NCBI GenBank assembly: GCA_052327205.1
Contig: CM126218.1
Span: 67,952,001 to 68,016,000, forward strand
Reading direction: 5' to 3'
Source of the DNA: Somniosus microcephalus
Taxonomy: Eukaryota
DNA length: 64,000 nucleotides
The position numbers were made by a program, and so were the translations under genes. The notes beneath the pieces were generated by a model, which had not been told where the DNA came from, ran no database searches, and saw nothing but the letters and a program-made list of their open reading frames with translations. This document shows, one piece after another, positions 13,677 to 26,608 of this stretch; position 1 is the first letter of the stretch; each line of letters opens with the position of its first letter.

Positions 13677-14252
13677 TGTGATCAATAAAATTGGTCTTTA
13701 TTCACACTATAGTTCAAAATTCGAGGGTGCATAGAAGCACCTTTGGCAATAAATTCAAAGAACTCTCGGCAACAGATATGCCCACAACTTATTAATTCAA
13801 ACGTACATAAAAGTACCTCCTCAACAATACCTAAACTCTATATCCGACTTTCATACATACGCCTTTATCTCTGGGTGATCGGTCCAGTGAAATTGTAAGT
13901 CGAAACATAGACTGACCAGCTTTCTCAGCTCATTCTTCCTCCTGCTCGGTCTTCTGGGCTTCTTCTGAATCTTGAATCTCCCGTCCCTGGGTTACTTCTG
14001 TTATAGGGCCTTGTCTGCCAGCCTCCGCCGTAAATTACTCTGTGCCTCCCTCTGATGGGTCAGTTTCACTCCAAACCTTCCCTGATTGGAGTTCCTTCCG
14101 CATGACACGTTCCTGTTCCTGTGAGATTTGTGGGGGCGGGACTTCCTTGTCAATCATGTTCTTCCTTCTTGTCCATGTGGCCTCTCAAAGGACCATGCTG
14201 ACCACCAGGCAAAGGACACCCCTGCTGACTTCCACCATTCTGTGTCTTCACA
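13677..14252 (-). mobile_element. Putative solo LTR
   Basis: TGTGA...TCACA ends, with AATAAA just inside the minus-strand 3' end and a TATA-like ctataa upstream. No TSD seen. Confidence 0.45.
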
Positions 14253-14779
14253 AACAAAGAACACATGCTGATTTCCTACATTTTGAATCCGTCTGTAACC
14301 ATTTCACAATTCATTGAGCTTCGACCTCCACATGGTAGCAGCGATTTTATTACAATTCTCAGAATCTTACAAGATGGCAGAAATTGTATAATTTGCCATC
14401 CGTCCTGAAGCAAATACACACTCCTTTATCCAAGTCCCTGAAGGCATAAGTAAGCACAGAAGCAAACTAGGTGGAACACAACCTTGATTCATTCCATTTG
14501 AGGGGGGAATGGAGTTAAAATTTCACCATCTTCCATGACTATGCTCATCATGGAACTGGCAGATCATCTGAATAAACGTTTCAGATTTATACTCTTCTCT
14601 GTATGGGATCTGACTGGTTGCCTTGATTTGGATTTAGGGAGTGGGGTGAAGAATACAAAAGGAGTAAACGTCCCACAAAAGCAGCAGGCAAAGGAAAATA
14701 GGGATTTCAGAACAGTGATTACATTGACATTAAAGCTTTCCGAAAGATAGAGAGAACAGCAACAGCATTGAAGCTGCTC

Positions 14780-15170
14780 AGGCCTCAAATTGCCTCAGTT
14801 GGTAGCATCTTTGGGTTTGTAGGTTTAAGACCCAGGTCATGAGCACATGATCTAGTCTACATTCCTGAGGAAATGCTTCATTGTGAGGGCTGCCATTCTT
14901 TAGGAGAGATGCTAAACCAAGCCCCCAATTCTCCGCTCTGGTGGATATTAAAGATCCCACAGCACCATTCAGAAGAATAGCAGGGATCACTTGCGATGTC
15001 TCCCAATACCAACAAATACAGATTAATTTGTCATATGGCTCAATGCAGTTTGTGGGCTCTTGCCGTGCGTAAAATGGCTGCTGCATTTGCCTACACAAGT
15101 CTTATTTCAAAGCAATTCATTATAAGTGAAGCGCTTCAAGAGGCATGATAAGACCGTAATAAAATGAGAG
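14780..15170 (+). mobile_element. Degenerate SacSINE1-like SINE
   Basis: Diverged match to 8618-9063 (ctcagttggtagca, aaagatcccac, aaatggctgctgcattt). Confidence 0.65.
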
Positions 15171-15681
15171 CTTGACTCATTTTCAAATAATTGAACTACA
15201 CACTCAAATTACAGACACCTCTACACCAAGGATTTGCAAACATGCTGATTTCCTACATTTTGAATCCGTCTGTAACCATTTCACAATTCATTGAGCTTCG
15301 ACCTCCACATGGTAGCAGCGATTTTATTACAATTCTCAGAATCTTACAAGATCATTCCTTTCCTCCAGCAACGTGTATGAGTCACTGAGGCAGGTGCTCC
15401 AACATGCATGTACAAAATGTTAGGACATTGACTCTGCAATAAAAAAAACTCCAACTGCATTCTGTGCAGGGAGGAGAGAATAGTGAGCAGTAACGCCATT
15501 TTAAAGGAATTGATCCCCTTTTCTTACTGACCCCACCCCCACAGCACAAGCAGACTTGAAGGGCACAGGAAAGTCACCAGTCTGTCCTGTTGGTCACAGA
15601 ATATTGATAGTGGGCGGAGAACGAAGCAAGAGTGAAAAATGTGAGAAAGAACAGTAAAATGAAAGCTGCCAATCTTCTTAC

Positions 15682-15726
15682 TCGGCTCTTCAGTCTTGCT
15701 GAAATAATTGGCAGGTACTTCATAAC
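15682..15726 (-). CDS. Putative 45-nt internal exon (VMKYLPIISARLKSR)
   Basis: AG|...|GTAAGA boundaries, phase 0/0 and open reading. The acceptor polypyrimidine tract is weak. Confidence 0.35.
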
Positions 15727-16341
15727 CTTTCAGAGAGTCTGGGGGTTTTATTAAAATATTGCATTATTCTAGTATCGAAAGCAGTCAAGAGGACACAGGC
15801 ATGGAATACCGACATTAACCATCCTGCAATAAACTGACATGTACCCTCTCTTCTGCCTGGATGAAAATGTTAAATACATTCAAAAATTAAGAAAGAGATT
15901 AGAAATTATTGTGCAGCATTCATAGCATCAATTTACTGTGCTTGTGATTGCCAGGCACCCGATAATATCACACTGAGTAGTCTGAACTAGTGCAAGAGTA
16001 GAGGCTAGGGAGCAGTCTCACCCACGCATGCTGCAACAGAGGTAATCAAATCAAATGTAAACAGACAGAAATTGTGGATAATGACAGGCAAAAACAGGGT
16101 TTATACACATCCAGTGATTTTTTTTTTTTATCAATCACCCAAATTAAGCTTCTACATTTTCCAGGAAATGTTATTTGAACTTTAAACACTGGAAATAAAT
16201 CCTGAAACAGAACAAAGCAGCAATTGCGATCAATATAGAGACTGTCAATGAAGTAGAGGAGAGCTGAAACAGGCCACAGTGGATCAAACAGGACGGCAGA
16301 GAAGGGAAGAGGATATTAAAAATTATACATGTGCATTACAG

Positions 16342-16810
16342 AAAAAGGGACTTTTTATATATCGTCTTTCACAACCTCAGGACGTCCCAAAGCGCTTTAC
16401 AGCCAATAAAGTACTTTTGAAGTGTATTCATTGTTGTAATGTAGGAAATGCGGCAGCCTTTTGCGCACTGCAAGCTCCCACATTCAGCAATATGATCATG
16501 ACCAGATAATTTATTTTTTATTTTTTTAAAGTGATGTTGCTTGAGGGATAAATATTGGCCCGGATACCAGGGATAGCTCCCCTGTTCTTCTTCAAAATAG
16601 TGCCATGGGATCTTTTATGCCCACCTGAGAGAGCAGACGGGCTCTCGGTTTAACGTCTCCTCCAAAAGACGGCACTTCCGACAGTGCAGCACTCCCTCAG
16701 TACTGTAGTGGAGTGTCAGCCTATATTTTTGTGCTCAAGTCTCTGGAGTGGGAATTGAACCCACAACCTTCTGACTCAGAGACAAAAGTGCTACCAACTG
16801 AGCACGGCTG
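16342..16810 (-). mobile_element. tRNA-derived SINE (SacSINE1-like), full length
   Basis: Reverse complement of the 8618-9063 family, including head, core and tail. Confidence 0.85.
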
Positions 16811-19599
16811 CTACTTTGGTTGTTATTAATTTGAACTTCACAACTGCAGCAAACACACAAGCACATTGCTGTTTTAGCAAATGGTGGATTGCAGCAACCA
16901 CACTCCTCACAAAAATATCCAATTTTTGGAGGGAGGGCTGGGTGGGGGGGATGTTCCAATATGTCTGTCTAGGTCTTCTATATTTCTTAGTTAGCTGAAA
17001 CTTTACACTTTGAGTACCTATGGAACAGAACACTGGGACTGCGATGTTAAAGTTATGGATTCTGCGGTTTTGTTTTGATTGAGGTAAAGTGGGTGGTTGG
17101 GGGGAAGAACATCAAACTATTTAAAATGGGATCGATGAGGTATTACTTTCAAGCCAGCCAAGAAAGTAAGGCTAGAGGATATAAAGGACACTCAGTAAAA
17201 ACAACATTTAGAGTTGATAGCAGGAGAAACATCTTCATTCAAAACGTAATTAATTGTTGGAAAAAATCTACCAAGCAAAAAGGAACAGAAGCAAAAGCAT
17301 TCAGGTAATTCAAAAAGCAATTAGATTTCTCCCAACTTTTAACCAGTATTCACAAATACAGTCAGTAGGTAGTGTGCTACAGGGACTAACCATTTCCCTT
17401 AACGGTATGTTGTACTGGAGACTGCGTAGAACAGCTGAATAGGAGAGTTGGGTCTTTAGCAGCGAAGTATGCCGTGAGGCTAGAACTACCTAAAACAAGG
17501 TCCCCGCATAAAGATGTTTAATAGCTGCCAAGACAGGCATCTGGTAAGTGTGTGCAGATACTGGACTATAAATGCAAATTTCCACCCAAGGTATTAGAAC
17601 ACATGCAGGGTTACTGGTATACAATATCTAGGCATTGTTTATCTCATTTCCCAATCATCATCTGATAACCTTGCACTGACCATGACAACCACACCCAACA
17701 AACCTTCTACTAAAAGCAGCATACAATCATGGATCCCAATTGAACGTTCATTCTAAATCTCACTCCAAGCACTCATCTCAAGGGTTGGATGACAAGAGAT
17801 GCCAGAATTGTGCAAGACTTTCTAGAACTCGCGAACACAAAACGTATCATTGAGGATAATTACGCACTCCGGATGGCTCAGTTGGTAAATGCAACCTTCA
17901 ATGTGATTTGAGGTAAGGAGACCAACAAGATCCTGAGTTTGACTTCCGCCCGGTGCTGAGTTAGGTCATCTCAGCTGAGACAGTAGTCTGGGTGCTATAA
18001 AAGCTGCTCAGAACAGAATCAGGCTTGGTGCCATGCCCTCCATAATTAAGTAGGCTGCAGCACTCAATACCCAAGTCACATATGCAAAATGGCCACTTGG
18101 GCACCTGAGAGTGACCACTGGCTGTGGAACCAGAACCCTGCTACTGGAGAGGAGGGCAGGGGAAAAAATGTGTGTGTGTGGGGGTGGTGGGAGGAAAGAG
18201 AGATATGGGGGAATGAAAAGGACTATGCATGAATTTATAGTACACATAATTAGAGATATCTCTATGTATATACACTGATGCATGCTCTTTCAGTGATTCT
18301 GCAACTTCAGTAATTTAAGCAAAATGTCACAACTGCTGAATAATTCACATCGAATCATTCCCCCAATTTAATAAGCAAGGCTCGCGAGTGGAAAAACCAG
18401 AGGCGCTGGAGAGTCAAATTCATTATTCATAAGAATGTAGACATAATATTACTTAAAAAGGAACACGCATCGTCAACAGAAGCAAAGACATTTACTTTTA
18501 TTATAAAAATATCTCAACTTAGCTGGGTTATTGTGCTGAGCAGAGTTTCTTAAATATTGATATTTTCAGATGGGGACGGGACGGACAACTGGCGAAAGAA
18601 TAGACCTTGCACCAGCTAGTCCATGCACTAGAGCACTGGGTTACTCTGGAACATCAGGATCTGCAGTTATTCAGAGCTCCAATGGAAGACCAATACATTG
18701 GAGTGATTACTGGGCAGTAACTTAATGAAGTCAGAAACTAGGGTGACCTAATGGGTGAAAGTATCACCATGGTGCAGCATCGACCAAAAGGACCCAGGTT
18801 TGATTCCCAGTAAGTGCTGACTCAGCTGGTCTGAGTCACGTTAGGAGTGGGCCTGCCTACAATTTGAATCAGCCCTTCATGGTTCCTACTCCTGACTGTA
18901 TTCGCCATATGCTGCTGGAGTGCAAGTGTGTGTCTTGCAGTTGGATAGCCCGTTGACACTCAGTGTTTGAGCGTACATGAAGAATGGGCAAAGTAGCAGA
19001 AAGCTGGCAGTGACCATGTAATGGTATGCCAGCAGGAGGCTGCACCTTCAGGAGAGGAGAAAAGAAAACGGAGAGGGAATAAAAAAGTAAAAAGGTTGCA
19101 TCAAAAAGATTGCTTTGCCTTTTGATTTGGGACTTTGGGTATACCATTCCTTACAAGACAGACTTATGTACACATTTCATCCTGGGCACTAGGCACAGTG
19201 GGTTGGATTATGGAGTTTTTCCTCTGGGATGACACTCTCTTCTGTCTGCTGACTAAAGAATGCTGCAGTTTGGTTTGTAGCAATCCCATTTCCAATGGCA
19301 GTAGGATGGTCAACTTACACAGAATCTACAGCACAGGAATAGGCCCTTTGGGACCTTGTTATGCCCAAAATGGCTGCCACATTTCCTACATTACCACAGT
19401 GACTACACTTCAGAAAGTACTTCATTGACTGTAAAGCGTCTTGGGATACCCTGAGATTGTGAAAGGCGCTATATAAATGCAAGTTCGTTCTCTTTCTTTA
19501 ATGGCTTCAATGTCTCCATATGGCAGCGAGTTCCACATTCTCTCCACTCTTTGTGCAAAGAAATTCCTCCTAAATTCTTGATTTGATCAGTTAGTGGCT

Positions 19600-20370
19600 A
19601 TTGTATATTTATGTTGTATTCGCTGCTCATAATGCTCTCTACATTCGCAAGACCAAATGCAGATTGTGAGATCGCTTTGCTGAACGCCTCGCCTCCATCT
19701 ACAAGTGCGACCCTGAGCTTCAGGTTGTTTTCCAGTTCAATTCTCCATCCCACTCCCTCTCTGACCTCACTGTCGGCCTTGTACACTGTTCCAATGAAGA
19801 CACAACCTCTAGAAACAGCACCTCATCTTTCTACCAGGCACCTTACAGCCCTCTGGCCTTAACATTGACTTTACGAGGTTCAGACCTTAACCACAGCTTC
19901 CCTTGGCCAGCAGGTGCTGGTAATGTAGGATGGGCGCAGCAGCACTTCAAGGATTGGGGGAGGGAGTGGGCTGGTGCTTCGATCACTACACAGCCAGCGG
20001 GGTGGCCTGCATCCCTGGTGTCACTTGCCTTTTTCTTCCACCCCACTCCCAGGTCACTGGAACCTTCTCAGCGTTGCCAGGTTTTCTATGCTCCCCCTCC
20101 TCCTCTGCTAATCTGTTGTAACCATTCACACATCCTCTGGGTCTCCCATACATCTTTTGTTTCTCTAATTTTGCTCATTATTGTCTTCTTTTGTCTTGCA
20201 CCATTATCACTTCTGTCATTTCGTAGTTCCCAGATCTCCATTTAATTACAGAACATCCTTTTTTTTGCTCCCCATCCCCTTTTCCCTGGTTCTGTTCCTT
20301 CTTATGAGCTGTTCAGCTGTAACACCTCCTGGTTCTGACAAAAGGTCATCGTCCTGAAACATTAACTCTT
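19600..20370 (+). mobile_element. Old, degenerate Penelope-like 3' fragment
   Basis: GIY-YIG remnant (ctctacatt...gaccaaatgcagatt...; gaaacagcacctcatct) and a hammerhead-like pLTR motif at about 20333. Confidence 0.65.
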
Positions 20371-20400
20371 CTCCAGTGGTTCAATATCCTGCATGTAGTA

Positions 20401-22390
20401 CAAAAGCAAAATACTGCAGATGCTGGAAACCGGAAATAAAAACAGAAAATGTTGGAAATACTCAGCAGGCCAGGCAGCATCTGTGGAGAGAGAAACAGAA
20501 TTAACCTTTCAGGTCAATCAATGACCTTTCATCACAACTGGAAAAAGTCGGAAAAGTTCTGATGAAAAGTCATCGACCTGAAACATTAACTCTGGCCGCG
20601 ATTTCACCAGCAGAGGCGGGATCGCAGCGAGAGAGCTGGGTGGCGGGTCCCGGTCCCGTTCCCGGCTCCAGCCTGCTCTCTCCAAGTGATTTTATGTAGA
20701 TTGGGCCTGTTAAGCCCGCCCTGTGCATTTCTCTGCCAATTAAAAGGAAGCGGGTCTGATGACATCATTTGATGACATGTCGTCAGCCTTAAAGGGGCCA
20801 TGTCCACATTCATTTTGACAGTTGTTCTGCAGCATTGAGGTGCTGCAAACACTGACCAGCATTGCACGGCTGCACCCAGGCTCTCGTATGACTCCCTCCA
20901 TATGTTTATGGAGGGAGTCACCGCACGCAGGGAGGTTTCTCTTCCCTTCCCATGGGCGTAAGAGACCTCGCCAGGAGATCCAAGCAGTCTGGTTGCACAA
21001 TGCACAGGAGGACACAGCAGGAATGTCGTCAGGAGGACCAGGCTGCAGTGGCGCAAACCCTTCAATGATCTGAGCAGATCACGAAACGTTACTGCCAAGC
21101 CACACTCAACCTCATCCTGCTGTGCCACTCATCACATCCACATCACTCTGCCTGCCCTACTCCTGCAGATCTTTACTCACACCAACTTACCTGGCACTTC
21201 CACTCATCCCCCTCTATCTACATCATCACTTCCCCATCTCACTAGCCACTCCTCACACTCACCCTCATCCTACTGCAAGCATACCAACTAACAAACAAGG
21301 GTACGCACTGGAGTGGTTTAGCCAATGTTCATGAAGTTTCTGTTAATGTTTTGTCAAATATTGAAATCTATACTTTCAACACTTTACCTTATTGGACAGA
21401 TCTGTGCACACCTTTAGAAGTGTCTTAGTGAGTTCCAGTGAATGCTGAGACATAACTCCCCCCCCCACCAATTGTGATGTATGACAGGAATGGCTTGGAC
21501 ATTATAGGGATGCTTTATGGTGCTGGTGTGGGGTGGTGTCAACCTGGTGCATCATGTGGCAGCCAGGGTGTACAGTGTCAAGTGAAGTAAATCTGGCCAT
21601 GGTGATGCCATCGCTGGCCTCCCGGGCAGCAATGTTGTTGGGTGCTGATGCCCTGTGCAACATCAGGTGATTGCGGAGAAGGTTGGTGTTGCTGTTGGTA
21701 TGCCTGGTGATGTTCGTGCTGGGGCTGATCGTGGAGGGATTCAGAGGACCAAGGTGAGATTTTTTCAAGGGCACCGATGTTGCTGGAATAGATGGCAGCT
21801 GAAGTTGAGATGACAGAAGCGATCTGTCAATGATGAGAGAGCTTGCTCCAAGGAGGTGACAGTGGATAGAGAGTTTGCTCCAAGCACTTCCAAACTGCAT
21901 ACAGCTCAAAGGCATCATCCAAGTTCTGAAAGCTCAAGCTTCTGACATTGGAAAGTGACCAGCTGTGAAATGGTAGCTTTCATACCACTTTTGCAGCTGT
22001 CACCTATTCACAGCAATGGGTAGACAGAGAGAGCCCGAGCTACTTACCTGACATAATTCCCGAGTGACGGGAAGCTTGTTAAAAAAAAAGTGGTAAAATA
22101 GAAATAGGCTGGCAAAATAGTAGTTAACAAGCTTTTAACCATCTTAAATGCCTACCCCGCCGCTTGGTATCAGGTCTGTTCTGAAATCGCAGACTCGACA
22201 CTTTGGAAACTTACATGGAGGCGGGTTCGGAGCGGGTTCCCAACCCGCTGTCAATCATTTCGATTTTGACAGCAGACCCGCCTCCAAACCCGCACTCTGA
22301 GCGCCTGCAAAATTCAGCCCTCTGTTTCTCTCTCCACAGATGCTGCCTGCGCTGCTGAGTGTTTCCAGCATTTGCTGTTGGCATTCCTTT
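20401..22390 (+). mobile_element. Short Penelope-derived inverted-pLTR unit interrupted by a Harbinger derivative
   Basis: An inverted pLTR is followed by a forward pLTR that resumes at 22321. The 8-bp TSD ATGTAGTA lies at 20393 and 22391. Confidence 0.8.
20594..22320. mobile_element. Internally deleted, degenerate Harbinger element
   Basis: 3-bp TSD TCT, imperfect TIRs (ggccgcgattt / aaattcagccc), a Myb/SANT remnant on + (about 20860-21090) and a transposase-like remnant on - (about 21500-21900). Confidence 0.75.
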
Positions 22391-23983
22391 ATGTAGTATG
22401 GAGGCCAGCACCACACACACTGCTCCAAGTGAAGTCTAACCAAGGTTCGATATAAATTTAACATTACCTTCCTGCTTTTGTAAACTATTCCCCCAGAAAT
22501 GAACCCCAGTACTTTGCATGCACTCTTTATGCTGTTGCTACTTTTAGTGATTTATGTTTCTATATTCTTAGATCTCTCTGCTTCTTTACCCCATTTAATT
22601 TCTTCCCTTCCAAGGAATAAGTGGCCCCCCTATTCGTCCCACCAAAATGAACCACCTCACACTTCACCATATTGAATTTCATTTGCCCTTTACCTGCCCA
22701 CTTTGCAAGCCTATTTATGTGCAGAAGTGCTCTTCTGAAGTTAGGCGAGGCATGATGTTGTGCAGTTAAGAGTAGTAGAAAGTTTTAGTGTGCATCTTAC
22801 TGCTGCCACTGGGTACCTGAAATGGAAAGTGTTCTATTCCCAGCACTAACAATTTGATAATGGAGGTTGTGAAATAATGGAGCTTCTTCAAAGCTACTAA
22901 ATCAATACTTCGCTGTGGCACATCCATTTACTGTGATATTTATCCATCAACAGTGTTTCTGACTCTATACTAAACAGCAACTGACAATTGGTGTCAGGAG
23001 CAAGTTAAGTTCATATGGGATTCAGCTTGCCTCGTGGCAGGATGTTTGTACTGAGATCTGGACTTCCTCTTCACAGGTATTTTCTTCTTCTCTTTCGTTT
23101 CCTACATTTCAACAGTGATTACACTTCAAAAAAGTACTTCATTGGCTGTAAAGCGCTTTGGGACATCCAGTGATCGTGAAAGGCGCTATATAAATGCAAG
23201 TCTTTCTTTCTTTTACTTGTAGCCCTCCAGAAATAATGACATTATATTCCCCCATCCCCGCCCCACACAATATCTGCAATTAAGAGCCGAGCATTGCAGT
23301 CTACCATTCCATGGTACTCACTAGTGTTGTGGCATCTCATCTATTACAAACTAATTCAGGACCTGATAAATGAGAATAAATTGCTTCAAAAGTCATAGGG
23401 TTCCTGCTCCTAAGTTTTCTTCTTTCTCTCCCCTTTTCTGAAGGTACTGATGTGTACTGGTTCCACAGGCACCATCTGCCTTCCTGTGCCTTAAGTGGCC
23501 ATTCTGCATGCGTGCACGTAGACAGTGAATGTGCGAAGATTATTTAACCTTTCACAGCCTTTAACATTTCACAGACAAACTGGATCTTGTCCTCACTTTA
23601 CTTCCACACACTCTCTCCCAAGTCTAGGCTGCCAATTTGTAGCACCCTTCAGTTGCCCTACTCGAAATCAGCTAACTGAGCACAGAGCAGCGACTGAGGC
23701 AGAGATTTTCCTGGCCTTTAGGGCTTGATATACCAACCGATGCTTTTCTCCATTAAGCCATCACAGAAGGAACCTATAAAAGCTCAAAGTAACTTGCTAA
23801 CAGCCACAGAAAAATAGATTTGTTTCCAGTTAAGTTTTTGAGTTAGACTGCAATAGTTTCCTTTTCATCAAGATTTTTGCAATGATCTGAAGAACACCTG
23901 CTGTAATCATCTCTCTTACCAACAGCATACACTTTCTTTGTTTGGGAGTCTCTTTCCAAATGAAACACACAACTTAAAACAAT

Positions 23984-24751
23984 GGCCCAGTAATTCCGGG
24001 CACAACGCGTGAGTAAGGACGGGGTACCCACGCGTGTGCCCGGAGGAATTGCTGGTTTTCAGCTTGCACAGCGCATGCGCTGAAAACCGGCATTTCCTGT
24101 CCTCTGACCCAAGGGGTTAAGAGGCAGTACGCGTGCGACTGCACAGGCAGTGCGTGCGCAGTGAAATTCCTTTTTTCCCCCCCACAGTTGTCAGAGTGTA
24201 AAGGCCTCCAGTCTTTACGCGTGGAAAAACCAAACGTAAGTATTTAGTTTTACAGGTAAGTGGGCTTTTAGTACAATGTAGAATTTTTTTTTCCACAGGT
24301 TTGTTATTTTTAAAGAATTTACAGTAAGGTAAGTTTAGTTTTAGACCCTATTTTTAAAAATTTTATTTTTTACAAAAAATTGATTAATTGTTTAAAACAT
24401 TTTTAAAAACTTATTTATAGTTAATATAATCAGTGGGATGTTTTTTAAAATTTTATTTAAAGTTAAAGTAGTGTTTTGGCAGCCCATACTTTTCATGAGT
24501 TTGACAGCTCTTACTGTCAAACTCATGAATGAGTTTCCCCTCCCCTGATTGGCTGCACAGTGCTCACCTGATCCCAGCCGGCACATCGCACTAACTACGC
24601 CGCTGGATCAGGTAAGCACATCGCGCCGACATCTGAACCGGGCCAGTGACAGGAAATGCGAGCAGGCCCAGGCTTCAGATGTCGGCGCGCAGGGTGAGTG
24701 CAGATCGGGGGCTTGCACGCGCGGCAAGCTCCCGATCCTAATTTCAGGGCC
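23984..24751 (+). mobile_element. Non-autonomous Harbinger-type element, diverged relative of 10386-11130
   Basis: TIRs ggcccagtaatt / aatttcagggcc, flanks AAT and ATT, and colinear similarity to the 10386 copy. Confidence 0.8.
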
Positions 24752-26608
24752 ATTGCAATTTAGAACTGGTTCTATCCAATCCTCTAATTAAAGCCTTCAG
24801 TTGGTTTTCTAAGTGGGTACTAATTGTGGACAGACTTGAGATTGAATTTTGCTTTTCTCACTCTTTAGGTAGACAGCACACAAATCAAAATGATCACTGA
24901 GCCATCCAGGGAAACCTAACCATCTCCCCTTCCCCCCCCCCAAAACTATATTATCTGGTGTTACCAGGTTGCCTCTCATTTAAGTGTTAACCAGGCCTGA
25001 TCTTGTTGAGCTTTTGAGATTGGACATTTGCAGAGTAGCGCAGCCACATGCAGATAGGCTTTTGCCCAGATGCGATTACAATGTGCAGCCTACGGATCTC
25101 GAGTCAGACAGGTTACCGTTGTGCTACTTTCGCTAATGTTTCCCCAGTGCCTGCCTATCTGTTTCTAATTATACCAATGTTGCTACACTTGCTATGAAGA
25201 ACAGCTAGCTCACAGCAGGAATCTGGTCCCACTGAAATAAATGCCATTAAAATTTGTACATGAAACAAGCTCACCAAGAGCCATGCTGATTAGAAACCCC
25301 TGTTCAGTTTGAGTGAAGTAACTTTGTATTACAGAATATTAGGAGGTAAAGATAATCCTGGGAGTGAGCTACAGGCTACAATCTAATTGCGGGCTTCAAA
25401 TATCACCAGGTACCTTGAGTGTAAAGCAGGAGTGCTTAATAATTCCAAACCCCTTGATTAGATTTCAGCCTGCAACTCACTCTTGGATGTTCCATTAATC
25501 AAACGAACACAAATCGTGTTATTTTAGTAACGGTCTTCTCTGAATACACTTGAACAATTAGGACGTAAGCTTGGTTCTGTCTTGAACTAGACATTGATGC
25601 AGCTCTTGGAGGGTTAAAGCTCTCTGAAGTGTTGTAGCCCTGGAACGCCCTACTACAAAGGGCTACACAGTCGATGCAGTGCCCTTCATCTTTCACTCAC
25701 TTCGGTAATAATCAGGCACGTCAAAGGAACTGCTCTCCTCCTCTCAGCCACTGCACCAAGTCATTTAACTTTCCAGATGAGGTTTGTGATGGTGAAAAAT
25801 GTTGCAATTACCTTCATCTGTGCAAAGCCGCCTACTCAGCTTCAAACAAATTTCCCCTCTCCGGACAGTCCTGAGTAACTATTATACAGCAATAAGCATT
25901 CCGTTAATAGAAGAAAATGCCACAGGAACAATGGCAATTCAGGAGCTCTCTTCCTCTCACTCCCAAAGATAAGCTGTGGATTTGGCAAATGTTACTGCAC
26001 CACTGTGACAGAACAGATTCCCATTGCAATACACAGGGTTACTGAACATCTGCTCATAAAATATGGCATTTTTTTTTATTGTGCTTCATTTCAGCAAACC
26101 AGATAACATTTCCATGTCAAATACCAGTTGTGACCCCTTATATGTGAGGCTGACTACAAATGAATAAAGTCAGTTTTGGGGAGAGAGGGGAAGATGGAAG
26201 GCAGGAAGGGCTCAGAGTAAAACACAAAACATTTTACAAGGCTCAATGGCCTAGAAATTCAGTATAGCCATGTTTGGGGCGCTACAGCCGGGCGTTCGCT
26301 AAATTTAGCGCCCGGCGCAACTTAGCGCCACCTTCGCTGATATTCAGTTGCATCGCCCCAAGAGGTTGCTGCTGCGCTAAAGCAGGCAATGCACGACTAT
26401 CATAAGGCGCTAAGCCGGCGTGCCGAGGCGCCAACACCGAGGACGGGCGTAGCGCAGGTGCGGCGAGTTGCTGATTGAAGGCAGACACGCTGGCGCCGGT
26501 CAGCTCTTAAAGGGGGAGGGTGGACTTGTTTGGCTGCCACGCCCTGCACACTGCAGCCCTGAATCAAGGCCTGAACATAGCTGCTTCAACAGTTCAACGC
26601 CCACGACT

